Part shown: positions 8,052 to 14,890 of the stretch, piece by piece
Position numbering within the stretch: the stretch's first letter is position 1
Layout: every line of letters begins with the position of its first letter
NCBI GenBank assembly: GCA_041484665.1
Contig: JBGPIA010000002.1
Coordinates: 42,045-106,044, forward strand
Length of the DNA stretch: 64,000 bases
Source of the DNA: Candidatus Krumholzibacteriia bacterium
Lineage (GTDB): Bacteria > Krumholzibacteriota > Krumholzibacteriia > JAJRXK01
Direction: 5' to 3'
Notes under the pieces: generated by a model
The model's input: the letters and a program-made list of their open reading frames with translations, nothing else
The model's database searches: none
What the model was told of the DNA's origin: nothing
Made by a program: the position numbers and the translations under genes

Positions 8052-9395
8052 ATGAGCGCGAGCGCGCCTACCGTCGTCTTCTTCGAGGACGCTGGTGTCG
8101 CAGGCCTCTTCCCGCTCACGCTGACCCGACCGGCCTTCGAGCTGCGCAGTGGGGCGCTCAATCTGCGCGAGCGCGTGCAGCTGTGCGCCGGCCCGCGTGC
8201 CGTTGCGGCCTGCGTGCGTCCGGCGCTGCAACCCTTGTTGAGCGCCACGCTGCCCGGCCTGGCCGGCGCAGCGCTCGCCGCGGCCGGACCTGCCGTGTGG
8301 ATCAACGGCCGGCTGCGCGCGAGCGTTGAGACCCTGCGCCGCATGCTGACCCTCCCAGCGGCGCCCTCCCGCGCGCTGCGTGTGGATGGGATGGTGGCCA
8401 TGGCGTGGATCGACGCCGACGCTTCCCTGGCGCTGCGACCGGCCGCCGGCCCCACGCCGCTGCTCGCGCTGCTGGAGTCGTTGCCGCCGGCGGAGGCGAT
8501 CACGGACGTGGGGCTCTTCTCCCATCCGTGGGAAATCGTCCAGGCCAACGGTCGGCTGCTGTGCGACGACTTCCGTACGCTGCGCGACGGCACCCCGATC
8601 GCGCGCGAGATCTTCGGCGTCCGCTTCGAGCCCGGGGCGGGCGCCCGCGCGCTACTGGCCCGCGACGCGTACGGCGCGGCGCAGCAGGCCATCCTGTACC
8701 CTGGGGTGCACGTGCTGGAGGAGGAGAACGTACGGTTCGGGGCCGGCTGCCAGCTCAAGCCTGGCGTGGTCCTGGACGCGCAGCAGGGCCCGATCCTGAT
8801 CGGCGCCGGCGCGCTCCTTGCGCCCAACGTCGTGGTGGAAGGCCCGGCGTACATTGGCCCGGGCTGCACCATCAACCCGGGCGCGCGCCTGCGCGAGGGA
8901 ACGAGTCTGGGAGCGCTCTGCAAGGTGGGCGGAGAGGTTGAGGAGTCGGTCGTGCTCGACCTGAGCAACAAGCAGCACGATGGCTTCCTGGGGCACGCCG
9001 CCCTGGGCTCCTGGGTGAACCTGGGCGCCGACACCAACGGGAGCGACCTCAAGAACAACTACGGGACGGTGAAGGTCGATCTCGGGGAAGGGGAGATCGA
9101 CAGCGGACTGCGCTTCGTCGGGCCCACTATCGGCGATCACTCCAAGACCGGCATTAATACGATGCTCACCACTGGGGCCGTGATCGGTGTCTGTTGCAAT
9201 GTGTACGGAGGCGGCTTTCCTCCTCGGTTCGTACCGAGCTTCCGCTGGGGCGGCCCCGAGGGCTGGGTTGAGCACCGGCTGCCGGCGGCGTTGGGTACGG
9301 CCCGCACGGTGATGGGGCGGCGTCAGGCGGTCTGGCTTCCCGAGCACGAGGCGCTGCTTGCCGACGTGCACGCCGCCACCGCGCGCCAGCGCTGA
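8052..9395 (+). CDS. GlmU-like putative sugar nucleotidyltransferase with a C-terminal left-handed beta-helix (hexapeptide repeats)
   Basis: N-terminus MSASAPTVVFFEDAGVAGLFPLTLTRPAFEL (nucleotidyltransferase-like). C-terminus has imperfect hexapeptide repeats: GPAYIGPGCTINPGARLREGTSLGALCKVGGEVEESVV...LGSWVNLGADTNGSDL. Alternative ATG at 8028. Confidence 0.6.
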   Translation: MSASAPTVVFFEDAGVAGLFPLTLTRPAFELRSGALNLRERVQLCAGPRAVAACVRPALQPLLSATLPGLAGAALAAAGPAVWINGRLRASVETLRRMLTLPAAPSRALRVDGMVAMAWIDADASLALRPAAGPTPLLALLESLPPAEAITDVGLFSHPWEIVQANGRLLCDDFRTLRDGTPIAREIFGVRFEPGAGARALLARDAYGAAQQAILYPGVHVLEEENVRFGAGCQLKPGVVLDAQQGPILIGAGALLAPNVVVEGPAYIGPGCTINPGARLREGTSLGALCKVGGEVEESVVLDLSNKQHDGFLGHAALGSWVNLGADTNGSDLKNNYGTVKVDLGEGEIDSGLRFVGPTIGDHSKTGINTMLTTGAVIGVCCNVYGGGFPPRFVPSFRWGGPEGWVEHRLPAALGTARTVMGRRQAVWLPEHEALLADVHAATARQR

Positions 9396-9417
9396 CCGCG
9401 CGGCGACGGCGGCGTTG

Positions 9418-10137
9418 ATGCTGCTCATCGGAGAGACTCTCACCAGCAGCAGCCCTGCGGTCAGGACCGCGCTGGTCAGCCGCGACGCTGCCTGGCTCAC
9501 CGCCTGCGCCCGGCGGCAGCTTGCGGCCGGCGTCGAGCTGCTCGACTGCAACGCTGCCGTGCTGGGAGCCGGGGAGCGCGCGGCGCTGGTGTGGTTGGCG
9601 GAGCTGCTGGAGGGAGCGGTGGCGGCACCGCTGTGCCTGGACAGCTCCGATGTGGCGGTGCTGGCGGCGGCCGGCTGCGGCCGCCGGTTCCCACCCGTGC
9701 TGAACTCGGTGGCCGCCACTCCGCCGTGGCCCGAGCTGATCGTGGAGCTGGTGGGCGCGGGGGCGCGGCTGATCGTGCAGCTGCGCGAAGGGCGCCAGCT
9801 GCCCCACGACGCAACCACGCGACTGCGCTGGGCGGAGCGGGCGCTGGCAGGCGCGGCGCGGGCGGGTCTGCCTGCGGAGCGGATCCTGCTCGATCCCGTG
9901 CTGCTACCGTGGGGACACGACCTGGTGCAGGGCGCGCCGCTTCTGGCATTCGTGGAGGATGCGGCCACGCGCTGGCCCGCCGTGGCGACCATCGTGGGGC
10001 TCTCCAACGCGTCGTTTGGCGCCGCCGGCCGCTCGGAGATCCACCGCGCCTGGCTGCGCGCTCTCAAGACAGCCGGGCTGGGCGCGGTCATCCTGAACCC
10101 GTTCGACGCCGAGCTGATCGCGATCGCCCGGACCTGA
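9418..10137 (+). CDS. Pterin-binding (DHPS-like TIM-barrel) protein of the methyl-THF:corrinoid methyltransferase family (MtrH/AcsE/MetH pterin domain-like)
   Basis: MLLIGETLT... compares with the AcsE N-terminus MLIIGERIN. LCLDSSD compares with LCLDSTN. LLDPVLLP compares with YIDPLILP. IVGLSNASFG compares with GLSNVS(F)G. The ORF in the track extends to 9358, but the family start is at ATG 9418. Confidence 0.65.
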   Translation: MLLIGETLTSSSPAVRTALVSRDAAWLTACARRQLAAGVELLDCNAAVLGAGERAALVWLAELLEGAVAAPLCLDSSDVAVLAAAGCGRRFPPVLNSVAATPPWPELIVELVGAGARLIVQLREGRQLPHDATTRLRWAERALAGAARAGLPAERILLDPVLLPWGHDLVQGAPLLAFVEDAATRWPAVATIVGLSNASFGAAGRSEIHRAWLRALKTAGLGAVILNPFDAELIAIART

Positions 10138-10455
10138 GTCAGTTTACCGACCCCTCGCGGAATCTGGCGTATCGGGCCTTGGCCGGACACCGCGGCTCCG
10201 TACCCGTCGTAGCCAGTAACCAATTACCCCCTTTCAAGATACGCGTTCGTGCCTGGAAGTCGGTGCTCGCCGTTCGATGCGGCACGGGACTTGATGCTGT
10301 AGGGCTCTGCGTCGCCTGCGTGGCGCGCGACTTGCCGGGCGGCTCCTTCATCTTCGGTCTTCGACCAGCCATTGCCGGCACGCGGCCGCCGCGGACGACG
10401 CACAACTTCTACTTCCGGTCCGGCGCGCTCCAGTGCGCCGTGCGACCGCCGATCC

Positions 10456-10481
10456 GGCCCCGCGCCCTCCGTCGCGGGGCC
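10456..10481 (+). terminator. Perfect 9-bp GC hairpin (GGCCCCGCG-N8-CGCGGGGCC) followed by GTTTCGTT, abutting the -35 of the BMC promoter
   Basis: Seen directly in the sequence. It is terminator-like but lies 320 nt downstream of the nearest stop codon, so its function is unclear. Confidence 0.3.
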
Positions 10482-10487
10482 GTTTCG

Positions 10488-10517
10488 TTGACACCCGCGC
10501 GCGACCGCTGGTAGGGT
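10488..10517 (+). promoter_or_regulatory. Putative sigma-70-type promoter of the BMC operon (TTGACA-N18-TAGGGT)
   Basis: TTGACA at 10488-10493; TAGGGT at 10512-10517; ~85-nt GC-rich leader before the BMC-H start. Confidence 0.4.
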
Positions 10518-10600
10518 GCCTTTGTGCGTGCAGCCGCGCGCGCCCGCGCGGGCCGGCGTCACGCCAGCGGTCGCTCATCAGGCAAGGAGCAAGTACGGCG

Positions 10601-10891
10601 ATGAAGGAAGCTCTGGGGATGGTCGAGACGCGCGGCTTCGCCGCGATGGTCGAGGCGGCGGACGCCATGGTGAAGGCGGCCAACGTGGTGCTGATCGGCT
10701 ATGAGAAGATCGGCGCCGGCTACTGCACGGCGATCGTGCGCGGCGACGTCGCGGCGGTGAAGGCCGCCACCGATGCCGGCGCGGCGGCAGCGGCGAAGGT
10801 TGGCGAGTTGATCACCGTGCACGTCATCCCGCGCCCGCACACCAACGTGCAGGAGCGGTTGCCGATCGGCGGGGTCGCCGATGGCAAGTGA
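10601..10891 (+). CDS. Bacterial microcompartment shell protein, BMC-H hexamer (PduA/EutM/CcmK family)
   Basis: [60 protein letters not shown]...VHVIPRPH is a canonical Pfam00936 BMC domain. RBS AAGGAGC upstream. Confidence 0.9.
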   Translation: MKEALGMVETRGFAAMVEAADAMVKAANVVLIGYEKIGAGYCTAIVRGDVAAVKAATDAGAAAAAKVGELITVHVIPRPHTNVQERLPIGGVADGK

Positions 10892-10912
10892 CAGCGCGGG
10901 CAGGAACGACCC

Positions 10913-11200
10913 ATGCAGCTCGCCGAGGTGATCGGCACGGTGGTGGCCACGCGCAAGGAGCCGACCCTTGCCGGCATGAAGCTGCTCGTGCTCAAGGTGA
11001 TCGACCTGCAACGCCAGCCGCTGGGGCAGTATCTGGTGGCGGCCGACGCAGTGGGCGCCGGGACGAGCGAGATCGTTCTGTTCGCCGCCGGAAGCTCGGC
11101 CCGCCTCACCGAGATCACGAAGGACCGTCCGGTGGACGCCGTCGTGATGGCGATCGTGGACGCCCTCGAGGTAGGTGGCACGTTCCTCTACGAGAAGTAA
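10913..11200 (+). CDS. BMC vertex protein, BMC-P pentamer (EutN/CcmL/PduN family), copy 1
   Basis: MQLAEVIGTVVATRKEPTLAGMKLLVLKVID...YLVAADAVGAGTSEIVLFAAGSSAR...VDAVVMAIVDALEV matches the EutN/CcmL fold pattern. Confidence 0.85.
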   Translation: MQLAEVIGTVVATRKEPTLAGMKLLVLKVIDLQRQPLGQYLVAADAVGAGTSEIVLFAAGSSARLTEITKDRPVDAVVMAIVDALEVGGTFLYEK

Positions 11201-11297
11201 TCTGCAGCGCGACGGCACTCCGGGCGGGCGCCGCGCCGTCGACCGGTCTCCTCCCGCCGGCGCCCGGCGCCCGCGGACGCAAGGGCGGGCAGGCGCC

Positions 11298-12806
11298 ATG
11301 TCGCTGAGCGAAGAGCGCATCTCCGAGATCGTGCAGGCGGCGCGAGCGCGGGCGGGGCTTGACGCGCCGTTGCGCGCCCCGGCGGCGCACGCGCCGGCCG
11401 GCTCCGGCCCGGCCCACGGCGGCGAGGCCGGCGGCCTTGGCCGCTCGCTGCCCGGCGGCGGCCACGGGCCCGACAGCGCCATGCAGGGCATCTTCCCCAC
11501 GCTCGAGGAGGCGGTGCGCGCCGCGGCGCACGCCTTCGAGCAGTTCCGCGGCTTCCCGCTGGAATCGCGCAAGGCGATGATCGATTCGATCCGCCGCAAG
11601 CTGCGCGCGAATGTCGACCTGCTCGCGCGCCTGGCCGTGGAGGAGACCGGCCTGGGGCGCGCCGAGGACAAACGGGCCAAGAACCTCCTGGTGATCAACA
11701 AGTCACCCGGCCCGGAGATCCTCGTGCCCGAGTGCCAGACCGGCGACGATGGTCTGGTGCTCACCGAATGGGCTCCGTACGGCGTGATCGGCGCGATCAC
11801 CCCGGTGACCAACCCCAGCGAGACGGTGATCAACAACGGGATCGGGATGCTCGCCGCCGGCAACGCCGTCGTGTTCAACGGGCACCCCGGCGCCAAGGAC
11901 GTCACGCGGCTGGCGATCTCGCTGATGAACGAGGCAGCCCAGGAGGCCGGCGCGCCGCGCAACCTGCTCACCGCAGTGCGCGAGCCCACCATCGAGACGG
12001 CCCAGGCGCTCATGCGCCACCGGGACGTACGGTTGCTGGTGGTGACGGGAGGCGCGGCGGTGGTTAAGGCGGCGCTGCAGTCAGGCAAGCGCTGCATCAC
12101 GGCCGGACCCGGCAACCCGCCGGCCGTCGTGGACGAGACCGCCGATCTGGCGGCCGCCGCCCGCGACATCACGCTGGGGGCCTCCCTGGACAACAACATC
12201 ATCTGCACGGCCGAGAAGCTCGTGATCGTGGTCGAGGCGGTGCGCGACGCGCTGCTGCGCGAGCTAGGTAGACTGGGCAACGTGATCTTGCGCCAGGACC
12301 AGATCCCCCTGCTCTCCAAGGTAATCTTCGAGGAGATGGCGGGACCACGGCAGCGCGCCCGCATCGACCGGCAGTACGTGGGCAAGAACGCCCGCGTAAT
12401 CCTGGCCAAGCTCGGCATCCAGGCGACCGACAGCTGCCGGCTGGCGATCGTGCCGGTCGACAACGATCATCCGTTGCTGTGGACCGAGCAGATGATGCCG
12501 GTCCTGCCCGTCACCTCGGCGCCGGACGCTGAGACGGCCATGGATCTGGCCGTGGCCATGGAGGGGGGCAACCGGCACACGTTCATCATGCACAGCAAGC
12601 GTGTGGACCGTCTCAGCGCCATGGCGCGCAAGTGCGACGCGTCGATCTTCGTGAAGAACGGCCCGAACATCGCCGGGCTGGGCCAGGGCGGCGAGGGCCC
12701 CACGAGCTTCACCATCGCGACGCCGACGGGGGAGGGGATGACCGATGCCCGCTCCTTCTCGCGGCGCCGGCGCTGCACGTTGGTGGGCGAATTCCGCATC
12801 GTCTGA
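11298..12806 (+). CDS. CoA-acylating aldehyde dehydrogenase (EutE/PduP type) with an N-terminal encapsulation peptide
   Basis: ALDH core: GNAVVFNGHPGAKDV...NNIICTAEK (catalytic Cys). The N-terminus MSLSEERISEIVQAARARAGL is an amphipathic helix. It is followed by a ~45-residue Ala/Gly/Pro linker before the catalytic domain starts at MQGIFPTLEEAV. The track ORF starts at 11175, but the ATG at 11298 is the likely start. Confidence 0.88.
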   Translation: MSLSEERISEIVQAARARAGLDAPLRAPAAHAPAGSGPAHGGEAGGLGRSLPGGGHGPDSAMQGIFPTLEEAVRAAAHAFEQFRGFPLESRKAMIDSIRRKLRANVDLLARLAVEETGLGRAEDKRAKNLLVINKSPGPEILVPECQTGDDGLVLTEWAPYGVIGAITPVTNPSETVINNGIGMLAAGNAVVFNGHPGAKDVTRLAISLMNEAAQEAGAPRNLLTAVREPTIETAQALMRHRDVRLLVVTGGAAVVKAALQSGKRCITAGPGNPPAVVDETADLAAAARDITLGASLDNNIICTAEKLVIVVEAVRDALLRELGRLGNVILRQDQIPLLSKVIFEEMAGPRQRARIDRQYVGKNARVILAKLGIQATDSCRLAIVPVDNDHPLLWTEQMMPVLPVTSAPDAETAMDLAVAMEGGNRHTFIMHSKRVDRLSAMARKCDASIFVKNGPNIAGLGQGGEGPTSFTIATPTGEGMTDARSFSRRRRCTLVGEFRIV

Positions 12807-12846
12807 GCCGCGGCGGGAGCCACCTGCCGTCGGCGACCGGGGGAGC

Positions 12847-13458
12847 ATGGACGGGCGTACCGCGCTGGGGCTGATCGAGTGTCGGAGCATGGCGCGGGGA
12901 ACGGTTGTCGCCGACGCCATGCTCAAGACCGCGCGCGTGCACCTGCTACTGTGCGCGCCCGTTTCGCCGGGCAAGCTGCTGGTGGGCCTGCGCGGCGGCG
13001 TCGCCGATGTGGAGGCCGCGATGGCGGCGGGCCTGCACGTGGCGGGCGACTGGCTGGAGGACGCGCTCTTCATCCCGCGCCTGCACGACGAGGTGGCTGC
13101 TGCGTTGTTGCGGCCGCTGGGGCAGGGCGTGCTCGAGTCCCTGGGGATCGTCGAGACCGCCACGGTGGCGGCAGCGTTGCGTGCTGCCGACGCATCGCTC
13201 AAGGCGGCGGGCGTGCGGCTGCTCTCGATCCGGTTGGCCGCGGGGATTGGGGGCAAGGCCATCTACTTCGTCACCGGAGCGCTGCCCGACGCGCAGGCGG
13301 CCGTCGACGCGGGATGTGTCGCGGTACAGCACGCGGCGCTGCTCGTGCACTGCGAGGTCATCCCGCAGCCCCACCCCGATCTGGCCTGGTACCTGGCCCA
13401 GGGTCCGGGGCAGGCGTCCGCCCCCGGCGGAGTGTGGACCCTGCCGCAGGAGGAGTGA
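12847..13458 (+). CDS. Tandem-domain BMC shell protein (BMC-T, PduT-like)
   Basis: Two Pfam00936-like domains. Domain 1: ALGLIECRSMARGTVVADAMLKTARVHLL...SPGKLLVGLRGGVADVEAAMAAG (compare the PduT segment [24 protein letters not shown]). Domain 2: SLGIVETATVAAALRAADASLKAAGVRLL...AGIGGKAIYFVTGALPDAQAAVDAG. 203 aa. Confidence 0.8.
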   Translation: MDGRTALGLIECRSMARGTVVADAMLKTARVHLLLCAPVSPGKLLVGLRGGVADVEAAMAAGLHVAGDWLEDALFIPRLHDEVAAALLRPLGQGVLESLGIVETATVAAALRAADASLKAAGVRLLSIRLAAGIGGKAIYFVTGALPDAQAAVDAGCVAVQHAALLVHCEVIPQPHPDLAWYLAQGPGQASAPGGVWTLPQEE

Positions 13459-13459
13459 G

Positions 13460-13870
13460 GTGCAGCTGGCGCGCGTGCTGGGGACCTGCGTGGCCACGCG
13501 CAAGGTGGAGAGCCTGCGCGGACTGCGCCTCTTGATCCTACAGCCGCTCACGTTCGACCTGGAGCCGCGCGGACCGCACGTGATCGCCGCCGACGTGGTG
13601 CGGGCGGGGCGGGGCGAGCTGGTGTTCTTCGTACGTGGGCGCGAGGCCGCCAATTCGTTGCCGCAGCCCTTCTGCCCCATCGACGCTGCGTGCGTGGGAA
13701 TCGTGGACGAGCTGGGCATGGTGGCGCTGACCGGGGCCACGGACAACGCATCGCGCGAGGCTGCGGGGCGCCCCGTGGCCGCCGTGCGGGCGCAGGATGC
13801 CGCGGCCGCCGGCACGCCACAGGCCGCTGCGCTTGTCTGGAGGGTGCGCCAGGGAGGGGAGATGCCGTGA
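13460..13870 (+). CDS. BMC-P pentamer (EutN/CcmL family), copy 2, GTG start
   Basis: VQLARVLGTCVATRKVESLRGLRLLILQPL...HVIAADVVRAGRGELVFFVRG...IDAACVGIVDELGMV. The start lies 2 nt after the BMC-T stop. It has an Ala-rich C-terminal extension. Confidence 0.8.
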   Translation: MQLARVLGTCVATRKVESLRGLRLLILQPLTFDLEPRGPHVIAADVVRAGRGELVFFVRGREAANSLPQPFCPIDAACVGIVDELGMVALTGATDNASREAAGRPVAAVRAQDAAAAGTPQAAALVWRVRQGGEMP

Positions 13871-14127
13871 AGGTCGCCCGCGTGGTGGGCCAGGTGGTCG
13901 CCACCCTCAAGCACCCGGACCTGGAGGGGTACCACCTGCTGGTCGTCCAACCCGAGCCGGTCGGCGGCCTGGCGGGTGGGCCCGCGCTGATCGCCATCGA
14001 CCGCATCGGGGTCGGTGTCGGCGAGCGCGTCCTGCTGGTGGACGACGGGGCTGCCGCCCGTGGACTGTTGGGCAAGAGCGGACCGGTCCGCAGCATGATC
14101 GTCGGGGTCATCGACGCGGTGGGGTAG
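13867..14127 (+). CDS. BMC-P pentamer (EutN/CcmL family), copy 3, GTG start overlapping the previous stop
   Basis: VKVARVVGQVVATLKHPDLEGYHLLVVQPE...LIAIDRIGVGVGERVLLVDDGAAAR...VRSMIVGVIDAVG. Confidence 0.8.
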   Translation: MKVARVVGQVVATLKHPDLEGYHLLVVQPEPVGGLAGGPALIAIDRIGVGVGERVLLVDDGAAARGLLGKSGPVRSMIVGVIDAVG

Positions 14128-14173
14128 AGGTAGGCAGGGGAGCCATCCGAATCAGCCAACGTCCATTTTTGCA

Positions 14174-14202
14174 TTGACTTGCCCACGCCCCGCTGCTATC
14201 TA
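14174..14202 (+). promoter_or_regulatory. Putative sigma-70 promoter for the IHF/HU gene (TTGACT-N17-TATCTA)
   Basis: TTGACT at 14174-14179; TATCTA at 14197-14202. The ~90-nt leader contains the hairpin GGAGGAGCGGCGGGGCCCTCCTC. Confidence 0.4.
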
Positions 14203-14292
14203 GGGACGGGTTTGCCTCGCGAAGGAGGAGCGGCGGGGCCCTCCTCGCCGCCCCGGGAGTGGGGACGACGCCTGGCCGGAAGGGGTTTTCGC

Positions 14293-14646
14293 ATGACCAA
14301 GGCCGACCTGGTCGAAGTGATCGCCGAAGGCACTGGCCTCTCGAAGAAGGACACGGGGGTCGTGGTCGACCTGATCCTCGAGAACATCTGCAAGGCGCTG
14401 TGCGAAGGGGACAAGGTGGAGCTGCGCGGCTTCGGGAGCTTCAAGGTCAAGGAGCGGAGGTCGCGCAAGGCGCGCAACCCGAGAACGGGCGACGGGGTCG
14501 ACGTTCCTTCCAAGCTGGTCCCCTACTTCAAATCGTCCAACGAGCTTAAGATGCTCGTGGACAGCAACGCGGCCCGCGCCGCGGCTGGCCCGCGCGCAGG
14601 CAGAGCCCACGCCGAAAGTGGAAGCGGAAGCGGCGCGGGCTCGTGA
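14293..14646 (+). CDS. HU/IHF-family DNA-binding protein (IHF beta-like) with an Ala/Gly-rich C-terminal tail
   Basis: MTKADLVEVIAEGTGLSKKDTGVVVDLILENICKALCEGDKVELRGFGSFKVKERRSRKARNPRTGDGVDVPSKLVPYFK has the RNPxTG arm motif. Confidence 0.8.
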   Translation: MTKADLVEVIAEGTGLSKKDTGVVVDLILENICKALCEGDKVELRGFGSFKVKERRSRKARNPRTGDGVDVPSKLVPYFKSSNELKMLVDSNAARAAAGPRAGRAHAESGSGSGAGS

Positions 14647-14767
14647 GCGCGGCGGCTCTGGCCGCGCGCCTGGTCACGGATCCACATCCATGCGCCCCGC
14701 GCGCTCAACCCGCGCGGTGCCATCCAAGACGGGTCGGCTCGGCCCGCCCGACTGAAGGAGTTCGCAC

Positions 14768-14863
14768 ATGCCCTGCGGCCGCAAGCGCAAGCGCAAGAAG
14801 ATCGCCACCCACAAGCGCAAGAAGCGCCTGCGCAAGAACCGTCACAAGAAGAAGGGCAAGTGA
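14768..14863 (+). CDS. 31-aa highly basic peptide, likely ribosomal protein bS22 family (AURKAIP1/DUF1713-like); absent from the ORF track
   Basis: AAGGAG lies 8 nt before the ATG. MPCGRKRKRKKIATHKRKKRLRKNRHKKKGK resembles mycobacterial bS22 (..[25 protein letters not shown]..), as recalled from memory. It ends 28 nt before the rnr start. Confidence 0.45.
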   Translation: MPCGRKRKRKKIATHKRKKRLRKNRHKKKGK

Positions 14864-14890
14864 TCCAGCCCCTGGTGAGGGCCCACGTCC

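Noticed and set aside
10559-12463. 634-aa minus-strand ORF across the BMC-H, BMC-P and aldehyde dehydrogenase genes
   Set aside because: It is antisense to three genes with unmistakable family signatures, and its composition is Ser/Ala/Arg-rich nonsense.
12847-13458. Possible [4Fe-4S]-ligating Cys in the PduT-like BMC-T (LLLCAPVSPGK)
   Set aside because: The Cys does not align with the PduT pore Cys (ICPGK), so no Fe-S or electron-conduit claim is made.
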